This document shows, in pieces, positions 45,003 to 54,059 of a DNA stretch of 64,000 nt. The notes beneath the pieces are model-generated. The model made no database searches and had not been told where the DNA came from. It saw nothing but the letters and a program-made list of their open reading frames with translations. The position numbers and the translations under genes were made by a program. The stretch is taken from NCBI GenBank assembly GCA_018061755.1, contig JAGOTP010000002.1, forward strand, positions 35,309-99,308, given 5' to 3'. Source of the DNA: Patescibacteria group bacterium. Lineage in GTDB: Bacteria; Patescibacteriota; Patescibacteriia; 2-12-FULL-60-25. Every line of letters begins with the position of its first letter. Within the stretch, counting starts at the first letter, position 1.

Positions 45003-46790
45003 TTATTTCTTAGTTCTGCGTTTTGCGCTTGAATGGGGAGAAAAAGCGATTCTATGTGCTTTACGAGCATAGGAATCAACAATCCGGCGGGCGACTTGCG
45101 ATACATCCGTATCGCGCAATTGTTGAGCCACCCAGTCTTTTCTATGATCAATCACATTCCGTCCAAGTGAAAAACGGTGCATTAAATCGGTTACTTCTCG
45201 TCTGAACGATGGCCATAACTCAGCCAGCCGCTTTTTCCTATCCGGTAGTTTCCCCATCAGAATCTGTTGTTGATACGCGAAAAACATGCTGCCCAAGCAT
45301 TGCGTTTCCGCCAGCAGACGATAGGTAGGAAAACCTCTGAATTCACCCGCTCTTAGCTCTAACCGAGCCGCTTGTGTTTTGTTCGACATCTTATTGCTTC
45401 GTTCAGCATCATGCTTGAGCGAAAAAGCAACGTCCGTCTTTCTGAACAACGCACGCTCCGGCGATGCAAAAGCATATGTCAACGCATCATTTAAATAAGC
45501 TATTTCTTCTCGCATCTTTTCAAGTTTATCTAGAGCTTCTGGCACCCCGAAAGGAATTCCTAGATTCACATGCAATGAGAAAGGTACGTCATTCGCTACA
45601 CGCACCAATCCTCCTACGCTCGTCGCGACAGACGGTACCGCTCCCATTCGAACCAAACCTTGCAATAGACTCGCCTGAATCCAAGGACTATGGGAGAACT
45701 CTGGGCTCATTTCATTTAATCTAGCGTCTTCTCGACTCGTTGGAATACCTAGTTCCAACAATACTTCGCGGTGCCTGAATGTAAAAAAAATACTTGGAAT
45801 CTCTACTTCTATACCGATCGTTGGCAGATGTAAGTCAGTCCGAGCATACTGCGCCTCATGTTGCAGTAAACGCTTGCAGCTGCTTTGCACCTGTTTCCAA
45901 TCGACCGATCCACCAGCCACCTCCTCACGCATGGCTGCATAGATCTGCAAACGAAGTGCCGGTTGAGCGGTTGATGGAACCGAAGGCAGACCCTCCACCA
46001 TCTCGCGGGCACGGCTGCATAAGGCACGCTGTTCTAGGAATTCTCGAAAGGCGCCTTCTTCGATCAGAGAGGAAGCTTTGGGTGACAGGGGGCTATCTAA
46101 AGCTACTCCCTGAGCAGTAGCCACCCTCTCGGATGTAAGTAACGCCCACTGTTCTGCGCGTAGCGGCAGACGTTGAATCGCCTGCAAGTTGCCGAGCATG
46201 CCTAGTTTTTGGGCGAGTGGATGTATTTTTTCACGTAAAACGGCTGCTGATTGAAGGGTGCCTAAGGCGCGTAACACTTGAGCCAAGTCGACAAGAACCG
46301 TTTTATTCTTAACGCTAAATAAAGCTGGCTGATCAAAGAGGGTATCTTGTATGACCTGCAACCGATCATCCCACTGAGTACCCGCCTTGATCTCGATCAC
46401 AACTCGCGCTAAATATTTTAGTAGAAATGCTAAGGCGATCTCTGAGCTATTTTTGTGAATTCGTTCGCCAGCCAAAATAGTCAGCACCGGATCTATATCA
46501 TCAGGTGAACTAGTACCTAACGCCGCATGGACTTGTGCATAGTCAGATATACTCAATTTTTGCGCAGCTACTAGTTCACGCAGATAGAACAAACATTTAG
46601 CTCCAAAACCTTCTGCGAGACTGTAAAAAACACCAATCACTCTCTGTAAGGAAGGAAAATCAATCGATTGAGCTGCGCTTCCATTCTCCATCTGCACCCG
46701 CCGCATCGCCCAAATCGCTTTATCAATAGCAAACTTCTCTTCAGTCGTGAGAGACTCCTTTTGCTGCTCTGGTGAGACTAAATTTTCCAT
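45003..46790 (-). CDS. Hypothetical 595-aa protein with a C-terminal amidoligase / GS-like motif set
   Basis: Trimmed to ATG 46790; the longer ORF would overlap queA. C-terminal motifs are IGIEVEIP, LNEMSPEFS, SLHVNLG and RLELRAGEFRG. The family call is tentative. Confidence 0.6.
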   Translation of the reverse strand: MENLVSPEQQKESLTTEEKFAIDKAIWAMRRVQMENGSAAQSIDFPSLQRVIGVFYSLAEGFGAKCLFYLRELVAAQKLSISDYAQVHAALGTSSPDDIDPVLTILAGERIHKNSSEIALAFLLKYLARVVIEIKAGTQWDDRLQVIQDTLFDQPALFSVKNKTVLVDLAQVLRALGTLQSAAVLREKIHPLAQKLGMLGNLQAIQRLPLRAEQWALLTSERVATAQGVALDSPLSPKASSLIEEGAFREFLEQRALCSRAREMVEGLPSVPSTAQPALRLQIYAAMREEVAGGSVDWKQVQSSCKRLLQHEAQYARTDLHLPTIGIEVEIPSIFFTFRHREVLLELGIPTSREDARLNEMSPEFSHSPWIQASLLQGLVRMGAVPSVATSVGGLVRVANDVPFSLHVNLGIPFGVPEALDKLEKMREEIAYLNDALTYAFASPERALFRKTDVAFSLKHDAERSNKMSNKTQAARLELRAGEFRGFPTYRLLAETQCLGSMFFAYQQQILMGKLPDRKKRLAELWPSFRREVTDLMHRFSLGRNVIDHRKDWVAQQLRDTDVSQVARRIVDSYARKAHRIAFSPHSSAKRRTKK

Positions 46791-46870
46791 AGTGCGATAA
46801 TCGACTGCATTCAGTATAAAGAACCTGCAACCAATCGACAAAAACTGTGTTTTCTGCTCTTCTATAGCCC

Positions 46871-47890
46871 ATGCACACACGGGACTTTGACTATCATCTG
46901 CCAGGAGATCGTATCGCTCAGCACCCCTTAGCGGATCGGACTGCTGCGAAATTGCTCTACTTGCCACGAGCAGAAAACGATCTGACAGACCTGCAAATTC
47001 GCGATCTGCCCTCCCTTCTCAAGTCAGGCGATCTTTTAGTTTTCAACGATAGCAAAGTCTTCCGTGCACGTTTACAAGCGACTCGCACAGGTGGCACAGC
47101 TCCTTTCGAAGTCTTCTTACTTCGTCCCGACGGAGACACTTGGCTCGCCCTCATCAAGCACTCAAAACGATTATCGGTTGGCGAAACGATTCTGCTACCG
47201 GAAGAAACAGGCGCTACCATTATCCAAAAAGACGCCGATGGCGTCATTCGTTTAGCTATTAAAAAAAGTACTTCCGAGGTTTTCGCGCTGTGTGATCGCG
47301 CTGGTGAAATTCCGACTCCACCCTATGTCGCAAGCAAAATAACCGACGCAGACAGCTATCAAACAGTCTACGCGAAACATCTGGGATCGGTCGCGGCACC
47401 AACAGCCGGTTTTCACTTCACCACAGAATTGTTAGAACAGCTAAAAACAAAAGGTGTGCAGACAGCTTTCGTAACGCTCCACGTTGGTCTTGGTACATTC
47501 CGTCCCATGCAAGACGGAACGCTTGATGAGCACATCATGCATGAAGAATGGGTTTCGGTATCACAAAAAATAGTCGACACAATCAATACAACACGACAAA
47601 CGGGCGGACGAATCATTGCCATCGGGACAACTAGCTGCCGCTCACTCGAAAGTGCTGCTCGTACTGGTACGTTGCAACCATTCGAAGGGATGACCAATCT
47701 CTTCATCCAACCCGGCTACCAATTCCAAGTAATTGATGGCTTGCTGACAAATTTTCATTTACCAAAATCAACACTGCTTGTGCTAGTCAGTGCATTGCTT
47801 GGTCGAGAGCGGGTTCTCAACGCTTACCAACATGCAATGGAACAGAACTATCGTTTTTATTCGTTTGGAGATGCGATGCTGATCGTTTAA
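46871..47890 (+). CDS. queA: S-adenosylmethionine:tRNA ribosyltransferase-isomerase
   Basis: FDYHLPGDRIAQHPL...PPYV...YQTVYA...GSVAAPTAGFHFT...VTLHVGLGTF...GTTSCRSLES...FYSFGDAML. Confidence 0.93.
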   Translation: MHTRDFDYHLPGDRIAQHPLADRTAAKLLYLPRAENDLTDLQIRDLPSLLKSGDLLVFNDSKVFRARLQATRTGGTAPFEVFLLRPDGDTWLALIKHSKRLSVGETILLPEETGATIIQKDADGVIRLAIKKSTSEVFALCDRAGEIPTPPYVASKITDADSYQTVYAKHLGSVAAPTAGFHFTTELLEQLKTKGVQTAFVTLHVGLGTFRPMQDGTLDEHIMHEEWVSVSQKIVDTINTTRQTGGRIIAIGTTSCRSLESAARTGTLQPFEGMTNLFIQPGYQFQVIDGLLTNFHLPKSTLLVLVSALLGRERVLNAYQHAMEQNYRFYSFGDAMLIV

Positions 47891-47905
47891 GCTACGCCTC
47901 GAACT

Positions 47906-48709
47906 ATGCGCTCGAAATACTCACCCGGCAATAAACAGAAGGCAGCCGCTCACAGCAGCTGGAACAAAGTCGCCAATTGGTACGCTGACCACCTTTCAGG
48001 CAGCGGCACCTATCAAGAAACAACTATTTTCCCAGGTGCCCTACGCTTGCTCCAACCCAAGAACAATCAACGCTACCTGGATATCGCCTGCGGCGAAGGT
48101 TCGTTTTTGCAATTGATCCGTTCGCGCTGTCCCAATGCGGAACTCTATGGTCTCGATGCCGCGCCTGGACTGATTGGCCACGCTCAAACGAAATTCCGCA
48201 CTGACAAGAAAATACATTTAGAAACTGCCGACGCACAGTCATTCGGTCACTTAGTTCCAGCGCATTCGATCCATGGTGCCACCTGTCTAATGGCCATTCA
48301 AAACATCGAACAGATCGAACCTGTATTCAAAGCCGCCGCACAAATCCTCGTCCCAGGTGGCGCCCTTATCCTCGTCATGAATCACCCTTGCTTCCGCGCA
48401 CCACAACAAAGCGGTTGGGGCTTCGATGAGGCGAGAAAAATTCAGTATCGCCGCATGGATCGCTATTTAAATGCCTACGCCCAACCCATAATCGCCCATC
48501 CAGGCTCAGCACCTGCGGTTAAAACCATCTCCTACCATCGCCCGCTGTCGACTTATGTTCAAGCCTTAAGCGCGACTGGATTTGCTGTCGACAGCCTCGA
48601 AGAATGGATCTCTGATAAAAAAAGCGACTCCGGCCCCCGCGCCAAAGCCGAGAATATCGCCCGCAACGAATTCCCCCTCTTCTTAGCTATTAGTGCCCAT
48701 AAAATTTAA
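47906..48709 (+). CDS. Class I SAM-dependent methyltransferase
   Basis: Motif I is YLDIACGEGSF and the post-II region is LVPGGALILVMNHP. Confidence 0.8.
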   Translation: MRSKYSPGNKQKAAAHSSWNKVANWYADHLSGSGTYQETTIFPGALRLLQPKNNQRYLDIACGEGSFLQLIRSRCPNAELYGLDAAPGLIGHAQTKFRTDKKIHLETADAQSFGHLVPAHSIHGATCLMAIQNIEQIEPVFKAAAQILVPGGALILVMNHPCFRAPQQSGWGFDEARKIQYRRMDRYLNAYAQPIIAHPGSAPAVKTISYHRPLSTYVQALSATGFAVDSLEEWISDKKSDSGPRAKAENIARNEFPLFLAISAHKI

Positions 48710-48735
48710 TCCCCTACCTTTTTTGTCTAAAAAAA

Positions 48736-48900
48736 GTAATCCAAAAAGCAGCGCGCCTAAGCGCCGCGAGGCGTGTTTGAGCTGATGGTGAGCGGAACGC
48801 GAACCAGAAAAAGGAGGAGCGAAGATCCCCCGTGCAAATCGGAGCGACAATCCTTGACGCGAGTTGCCTCGCAAGCGAAGGCGCGCTGCTTTTGGATTAC
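48736..48900. other. 165-nt GC-rich long imperfect hairpin (candidate structured RNA or palindromic element)
   Basis: The outer arms GTAATCCAAAAAGCAGCGCGCC (48736-48757) and GGCGCGCTGCTTTTGGATTAC (48880-48900) pair with one bulge. An inner stem pairs GCGAGGC (48767-48773) with GCCTCGC (48866-48872). It lies between convergent genes. Confidence 0.6.
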
Positions 48901-48905
48901 TCCCT

Positions 48906-49931
48906 TCAGTATCCCGCCTTTCGTCGATTCGCGATGTGCTCCTCCAACGTACGCCCGTAATAAATCTTCCCTTGTTCATCCGTCAGAAAATACCTGTACG
49001 TTGAAGGTGTCGGCTCCAAAACCGCCCTGAGCGCCCCTTCACTTGGATTCGCAATCGGCCCCGGTGGTAGCCCCTTGTTTTGATAGGTATTGTAAGCATT
49101 CTTAATCGCAAGATCTTCAGCCGTTGCGCGTGATCGACCCGAACGTGTGATGTAGTTCACCGTTGCATCGCTCTGCAATGGCATCCCCTCGCGCAAACGC
49201 CTCAAGAAAATACCAGCCACCATTTTTCGATCCTCCGGCTTAGAAACTTCCTTTTCGACAATCGAAGCCAAGGTAACAATTTCGTCCAAGGTCGTTAAAG
49301 GCGCGCTCGCCGAAGTCACTTTTTCTGTAGCAATCCGTTCTGCGAATTCTTCTAGCTGTTTTTGAACCAGCCCTTCTGGCAACTGAGCTTTCCAAACGCG
49401 ATAGGTATCAGGAAATAAATATCCTTCGAGGCTCCGCTCTGCTGGCAAAGAACGTAAAAAAGCAAATTTGCTACGTAATGCGGCGTCAAATGGTGCTTTA
49501 TCGCCCTCTTCCCCCATGACACGACGAATGTCTTTTTCTTCAAGCGCGTAGTCTTTCTGCAAGGCATTCCGAATATCTGCAATCGACCAGCCTTCAATCA
49601 CGCGCACCTGAACCTCATCCACTTCTGGACCCGTGGCTAAAATCGACGCAATCGCCGAAAAACGTTGGCCTGGTTGCAAAGTATAGATCCCCGGCTTCGG
49701 AGCACGTGCCGCTCCATTTACGAATGAAAATACTCGATACCACGTTGAACCAGCGATAAACGATTGCTCCTCCAAGTTCTTCACGACCTGTTGAACACTT
49801 GCCCCTGGCTCCACCACAAAGCGTTTGGTCGTCCCAACACTCGAGGATCCGATCCAACCCAAGAACAAAAATCGCCCAATACATGCGATCATCAGTAAGC
49901 CCAACAAGGCCCAAAGAAGCTTTTTAGCCAT
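48906..49931 (-). CDS. mltG: Endolytic murein transglycosylase (YceG-like)
   Basis: Trimmed to ATG 49931. N-terminal TM helix, EGYLFPDTY, ASIVEKE, LQSDATVNY, YNTYQNKGLPPGPIANP and YYFLTD-like YRYFLTD. Confidence 0.88.
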   Translation of the reverse strand: MAKKLLWALLGLLMIACIGRFLFLGWIGSSSVGTTKRFVVEPGASVQQVVKNLEEQSFIAGSTWYRVFSFVNGAARAPKPGIYTLQPGQRFSAIASILATGPEVDEVQVRVIEGWSIADIRNALQKDYALEEKDIRRVMGEEGDKAPFDAALRSKFAFLRSLPAERSLEGYLFPDTYRVWKAQLPEGLVQKQLEEFAERIATEKVTSASAPLTTLDEIVTLASIVEKEVSKPEDRKMVAGIFLRRLREGMPLQSDATVNYITRSGRSRATAEDLAIKNAYNTYQNKGLPPGPIANPSEGALRAVLEPTPSTYRYFLTDEQGKIYYGRTLEEHIANRRKAGY

Positions 49932-50472
49932 GATGGTGTTCACGATAAACAGAGGTGCGACGGATGGCAGCGTGCAACAAGCGAACCAACAGCACCGCCA
50001 CCGCTCCAAGCACCAATCCAGCCAAGACATCCGTCGGATAATGAACGCCTACCGCTACCCGGCCAAAGGCTACTCCAAACGCCAAAAGCAGCGGCACCAG
50101 AGCTGCTTTAGGGCTTGTCCAGGCAATCGCCAGCGCCAGCGCAAAAGCCGCTGAAGCGTGCGCCGACGGCAAAGAATGCAAGGATAAAGGCTGTGGAATC
50201 AAGCGCAAAATCTGAGCCTCAGCCACAAATGGTCGCAAACGACCAATCAGCTGGCTCAGCGTGAGCGCTGCATACAAAGCGATGAGCATCGCCATTCCAG
50301 CCTCCTTGGTTGCGTGCTTCAATTTCGTCCCTTGCTTGGTAAAAGCCAACCCAAAAATCCAAAGAACTTCCACAAAAATCAGCCAACGAGCACAAAAAAT
50401 CGAGAACCACACCCCCGGTCGAGAAGCGAGGATGCCCTGCAACGACTGAATGAGCTGACCCTCAAAAGACAT
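49924..50472 (-). CDS. PAP2-family phosphatase (undecaprenyl-diphosphatase-like)
   Basis: Multi-TM protein with RLRPF, LPSAHAS and the GVHYPTDV acid-phosphatase motifs. Confidence 0.85.
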   Translation of the reverse strand: MSFEGQLIQSLQGILASRPGVWFSIFCARWLIFVEVLWIFGLAFTKQGTKLKHATKEAGMAMLIALYAALTLSQLIGRLRPFVAEAQILRLIPQPLSLHSLPSAHASAAFALALAIAWTSPKAALVPLLLAFGVAFGRVAVGVHYPTDVLAGLVLGAVAVLLVRLLHAAIRRTSVYREHHHG

Positions 50473-50477
50473 ACGCT

Positions 50478-51116
50478 CTATGATACCAGTTTTGGCGCCT
50501 TTGTTTTAGGTTGGTAGGCACAGATCGAGGCGAACGGACAGCGCCAACACTGAGGAACGCCTGGCCTACAGATATCACGCCCAAAGGGAATCAGGACACG
50601 ATTCACCTCACGCCAGAGCGGGCGCGGAATATCTGTTTTCAACTCTTCTTCCACAACTTCTGGTGTTTTGCCCTTCGCCCAACCTAATCGTTTAGCGATG
50701 CGAAACACATGGGTATCGACAGCAATCGCTGGTAATTTGAAGGCGTATCCCAACACGCAGCTCGCCGTTTTTCGTCCCACGCCAGATAGTTCAATCAATT
50801 CTTCCATGGTACACGGAACCTGACCGCCATGACGTTCGAGTAATTGTTGTGCTAACCCTTTTAAATGACGGGCTTTGGCATAGGAAAACCCCACGGTCTT
50901 AATACAGCGTTGAATGTCCTGGGATCCTGCTTTCGCCAACTCCTTCAACGTAGGAAACGCCTCTCGCAAGCCAGGATAAACCTTGATCACCTGCTCATCA
51001 CGCGTACGCGCCGATAAGACTGTCGCGATCAGCGTATCCTCTGGCGTTCCAAAATCGACCATCCCTTTCGCGGTGTAGCGTTTCGCTAAAAGCTTGATCG
51101 CTGCCGCTTTGGTCAT
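50478..51116 (-). CDS. nth: Endonuclease III
   Basis: HhH-GPD region (LSGVGRKTASCVL, VDTHV) and the C-terminal [4Fe-4S] cluster CRPGVPQCWRCPFASIC. Confidence 0.92.
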   Translation of the reverse strand: MTKAAAIKLLAKRYTAKGMVDFGTPEDTLIATVLSARTRDEQVIKVYPGLREAFPTLKELAKAGSQDIQRCIKTVGFSYAKARHLKGLAQQLLERHGGQVPCTMEELIELSGVGRKTASCVLGYAFKLPAIAVDTHVFRIAKRLGWAKGKTPEVVEEELKTDIPRPLWREVNRVLIPFGRDICRPGVPQCWRCPFASICAYQPKTKAPKLVS

Positions 51117-51126
51117 AGCATCCAGA

Positions 51127-52704
51127 TCAAATCAACGGGCTACCCGTCATCTCAGGCGGCTGAGCTACCCCAAGTAATTTCAAAATAGTCGGTGCCGTAT
51201 CCGCCAACATACCGATGGGGGTTGTGAGCGATAAATCTTCGTTTTCGATATCCCCTCCCGGCGCCTTCACACCCTCCACATCTTTGCTGATGACGATAAA
51301 CGGCACTGGATTCGTCGAATGCTCCTTATCGATCGTACCCGTAATCAGGTTCTTCACTTCTTCAGCATTTCCATGATCGGCCGTGATCACAACCGCCCCA
51401 CCAACGCCAAGCGCGGCGTCCACAATCATTCCGATTGCTTTATCAACCGCTTCACAGGCTTTGATTGTCGCTTCTTCATTCCCGGTATGACCGACCATGT
51501 CAGGATTGGCAAAATTGATGGCGATAAAATCGTACGTTCCCGCCATTGTTTCTTTCACCACTCGCTCAGCGATCTGAAAGACCGACATTTCTGGTTGCTT
51601 GTCGTAACTTGAGACACGTGGGGACGGAATAATCGCACGCGTCTCCCCCGGAAACTCATCCTCACGCATCCCATTCAAAAAGAAGGTTACGTGGGCGTAT
51701 TTCTCTGTTTCTGCGATGTGTAACTGTGTGAGACCTGCATCTGAGATAACTTTCGCCAAACACTGATCGATTAATTGCGGCGGATAGGCAACTTCAACAG
51801 GTAGATCTTTTTCGTATTCAGTAAATGTTACAAAATACAGATCTTTCAACACCTCACGTGGAAACTTATCAAAGGCTGGCAGCACGAAAGCTTTCGTGAT
51901 TTCACGCGCTCGATCCGGACGAAAGTTGAATGAGATAACCGCATCACCTGACTGAATATTGGCTACTGGCTTACCCTTGCCATCCGTTATCACCGTCGGT
52001 ACAAACTGCTCATCAAAGACCTGCGCCGCATACGAAGCCTGAATCGCTTCGCTAGGAGTTTTAGCCGTTGGACCCGCTCCTTTTACCATGGCATCGTAGG
52101 CCAACTGAATACGCTCCCAACGATTATCACGATCGAGAGCATAATAACGCCCCGATAAAGAAGCGATCTTACCAATCCCTACCTGTGCGATCTTGGCTTC
52201 GAGCTCTGTGATAAACCCTTGGGCCGAGTTATAAATCGCATCACGTCCATCCAAAAAGGCATGGATCGCCACACGTTCGAATTGCTCTTTTTTACAAAAA
52301 TCCAACAAGGCATTCACGTGCTCCTGCGAAGCATGCACATTTCCCTGCGAAATCAGCCCCATGAGATGCAACGTCCCGTTATGCGTACGTGCATGCTCAA
52401 CCGCCTTTTTCAGCACTGGTAGCTCAAAAAATTCCCCTGACTCGATAGACAAATTGATGCGCGGCAAGCTTTGATAAAAAATACGCCCAGCGCCGATCGT
52501 GAGATGTCCCACCTCCGAGTTCCCCATCTCTCCCCACGACAACCCTACCGCTGGACCATTAGCCTGAACCGTCATGGCTGGATAACGCGAAATCAAGCGA
52601 TGAAAGACCGGCATATTCGATTCTGCCACCGCATTCCCAAGCCCCGCTGGAGCAATCCCAAATCCATCCAAAATCAGCAAAATAACCGGCTTAGGGCGTG
52701 ACAT
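51127..52704 (-). CDS. gpmI: 2,3-bisphosphoglycerate-independent phosphoglycerate mutase
   Basis: The 609-aa ORF is trimmed to ATG 52704 (MSRPKPVILLILDGFGIA...). Shows NSEVGHLTIGAGR, DGRD and ITADHGNAE. Confidence 0.93.
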   Translation of the reverse strand: MSRPKPVILLILDGFGIAPAGLGNAVAESNMPVFHRLISRYPAMTVQANGPAVGLSWGEMGNSEVGHLTIGAGRIFYQSLPRINLSIESGEFFELPVLKKAVEHARTHNGTLHLMGLISQGNVHASQEHVNALLDFCKKEQFERVAIHAFLDGRDAIYNSAQGFITELEAKIAQVGIGKIASLSGRYYALDRDNRWERIQLAYDAMVKGAGPTAKTPSEAIQASYAAQVFDEQFVPTVITDGKGKPVANIQSGDAVISFNFRPDRAREITKAFVLPAFDKFPREVLKDLYFVTFTEYEKDLPVEVAYPPQLIDQCLAKVISDAGLTQLHIAETEKYAHVTFFLNGMREDEFPGETRAIIPSPRVSSYDKQPEMSVFQIAERVVKETMAGTYDFIAINFANPDMVGHTGNEEATIKACEAVDKAIGMIVDAALGVGGAVVITADHGNAEEVKNLITGTIDKEHSTNPVPFIVISKDVEGVKAPGGDIENEDLSLTTPIGMLADTAPTILKLLGVAQPPEMTGSPLI

Positions 52705-52794
52705 AAGATGACGTCCATAGTAGCGCCTGAGACGGGGTTTTGGTAGAGCCACCACCAGCACACGATTCTCCTTGTTTTTCAGATAGCTGACAAG

Positions 52795-52857
52795 CAAAAA
52801 GAATCGTTCGGAGCCCCCAGCGTCATGGGAAGCTGGTCCCTTGATCTGGGGGCTCCG
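52795..52857 (-). terminator. Hairpin terminator of the island-7 ORF
   Basis: CGGAGCCCCCAG (52809-52820) pairs with CTGGGGGCTCCG (52846-52857), a perfect 12-bp stem. The minus strand then reads AACGATTCTTTTT. Confidence 0.55.
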
Positions 52858-52876
52858 TCGATTGGTTGTAGCGCGG

Positions 52877-53467
52877 TCAGGCCGCGGTCGGGGGGACGCT
52901 CGGCCGCGGTGACGACCCAGGCGACCGACTCGAGCGCGGCTGCCTGGCCACGGCACGGCGGGCGGAAGTGATCGGCACCACCTTCGCCGGTTCCGGAACG
53001 ACGACCGGGGTCACGGCCGGGATCTCGGACGGCGTGAGGATCGCCCAGGGCAGAGGCGAGGGACGGCGCTGCTCATCGAGCTGGATGTAGTCGGAGCGCA
53101 CCTCGGCCCCCTTCCGGAAGGTGTCGTCCGTCCAGAGCTCGATGTAGTTCTTCTTCCCCACCTGGCGACGCAGCTCGTCGAGGGTGCCCTCGAAGAACAG
53201 GCTCTGTCGCGCGATGCCCCGCACGGTCACGGGAGTCATCACCACGAGGTCCTTCAGCAGCACCTTCTTGGTGCCCGGCTCCGAGACGAGGCTGTTAGAC
53301 GGCCGCATCGGCTCTCCAGCCCCCTGCACCTTCATGTACGAGACCGAGACCTCCGCGCCTTCGCCCTCGCTGCGCTTGAGATCCCGCAGCTCCTCATCGC
53401 TGAGAGGCACCAGAACCCTTCGATACTGTCCACGATCCTTGTGAAACATCATCTGCACCATCTTCAT
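52877..53467 (-). CDS. Hypothetical 196-aa protein (GC-rich island 7) with a Pro/Ser/Arg-rich C-terminus
   Basis: Trimmed to ATG 53467, preceded by AGGAGAG. Strong GC3 bias. No signal peptide and no recognised domain. Confidence 0.65.
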   Translation of the reverse strand: MKMVQMMFHKDRGQYRRVLVPLSDEELRDLKRSEGEGAEVSVSYMKVQGAGEPMRPSNSLVSEPGTKKVLLKDLVVMTPVTVRGIARQSLFFEGTLDELRRQVGKKNYIELWTDDTFRKGAEVRSDYIQLDEQRRPSPLPWAILTPSEIPAVTPVVVPEPAKVVPITSARRAVARQPRSSRSPGSSPRPSVPPTAA

Positions 53468-53556
53468 CTCTCCTGTTCCAATCCTCTGAAGAACTGTGAC
53501 CACTGACGCACTCCCCATGCGTCGCCTACTAAGCGAGACTAAGCGCTTTACAACCA

Positions 53557-53585
53557 ATCTTGTAAGAAAGTTTTGAAAGGTTCAA
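53557..53585 (-). promoter_or_regulatory. Possible promoter (TTGAAC-17-CAAGAT) for the island-7 ORF
   Basis: The reverse strand reads TTGAACCTTTCAAAACTTTCTTACAAGAT. Both hexamers are weak. Confidence 0.35.
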
Positions 53586-53678
53586 CCGCAAGAAAAGCGG
53601 ACCGCCGTTCGTCGAACGAAAAGCGATCCGCTATAGTGCCAATTCTTTGGTTTTTTGTCCAATTTTTACCGACTTTGG

Positions 53679-54059
53679 CTACGACTCTTCACGCTGAGTC
53701 GAAGTACTTCCATCCTTGCGCTTAAATTTGACGTTGAACACTGGTTCGTAGGAGATATCGTCTTCGGTGATCTCCACTTCCTGACCCTTCATGAGTTGAG
53801 TCAGCGCAAGGTCTGTCAGGAGCTGTTTATCGGCATCCATACCGGTCCTAATTTTGTCGATTTCTGCTTGCTCGCTGACAAAATCCGCCTTCACAGCTGC
53901 TTCAATCCGACGCTTCTTCTCAAGCAACTTCTCAAGCTCATCTTTGACCTCTTGATACGACTTGGAATGCGTCAACGCATCCTTGTACATGTCACGTAAG
54001 TCTTTCTGCTTCTTCTTGGCCGTTTGTAAGCGGCGGTAAACGTCAGCGAGGGAAGGCAT
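53679..54059 (-). CDS. Hypothetical coiled-coil protein
   Basis: 126-aa Lys/Glu-rich ORF whose start overlaps the 3' end of the upstream NUDIX gene by 17 nt. No domain recognised. Confidence 0.6.
   Translation of the reverse strand: MPSLADVYRRLQTAKKKQKDLRDMYKDALTHSKSYQEVKDELEKLLEKKRRIEAAVKADFVSEQAEIDKIRTGMDADKQLLTDLALTQLMKGQEVEITEDDISYEPVFNVKFKRKDGSTSTQREES

Noticed and set aside
48683-49030. ORFs 48773..49030 (plus strand) and 48683..48979 (minus strand) crossing the long hairpin.
   Set aside because: Both overlap the 3' end of mltG or the hairpin arms, and their composition is Arg/Ser-rich with no motifs. The region is better explained as a structured non-coding element.
52705-52956. 84-aa N-terminal extension of the gpmI ORF (a 609-aa version beginning in island 7).
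   Set aside because: The extension is Arg/Pro-rich and reads through the island-7 terminator hairpin and the 3' end of the island-7 ORF. The canonical iPGM N-terminus (MSRPKPVILLILDGFG) starts at 52704.
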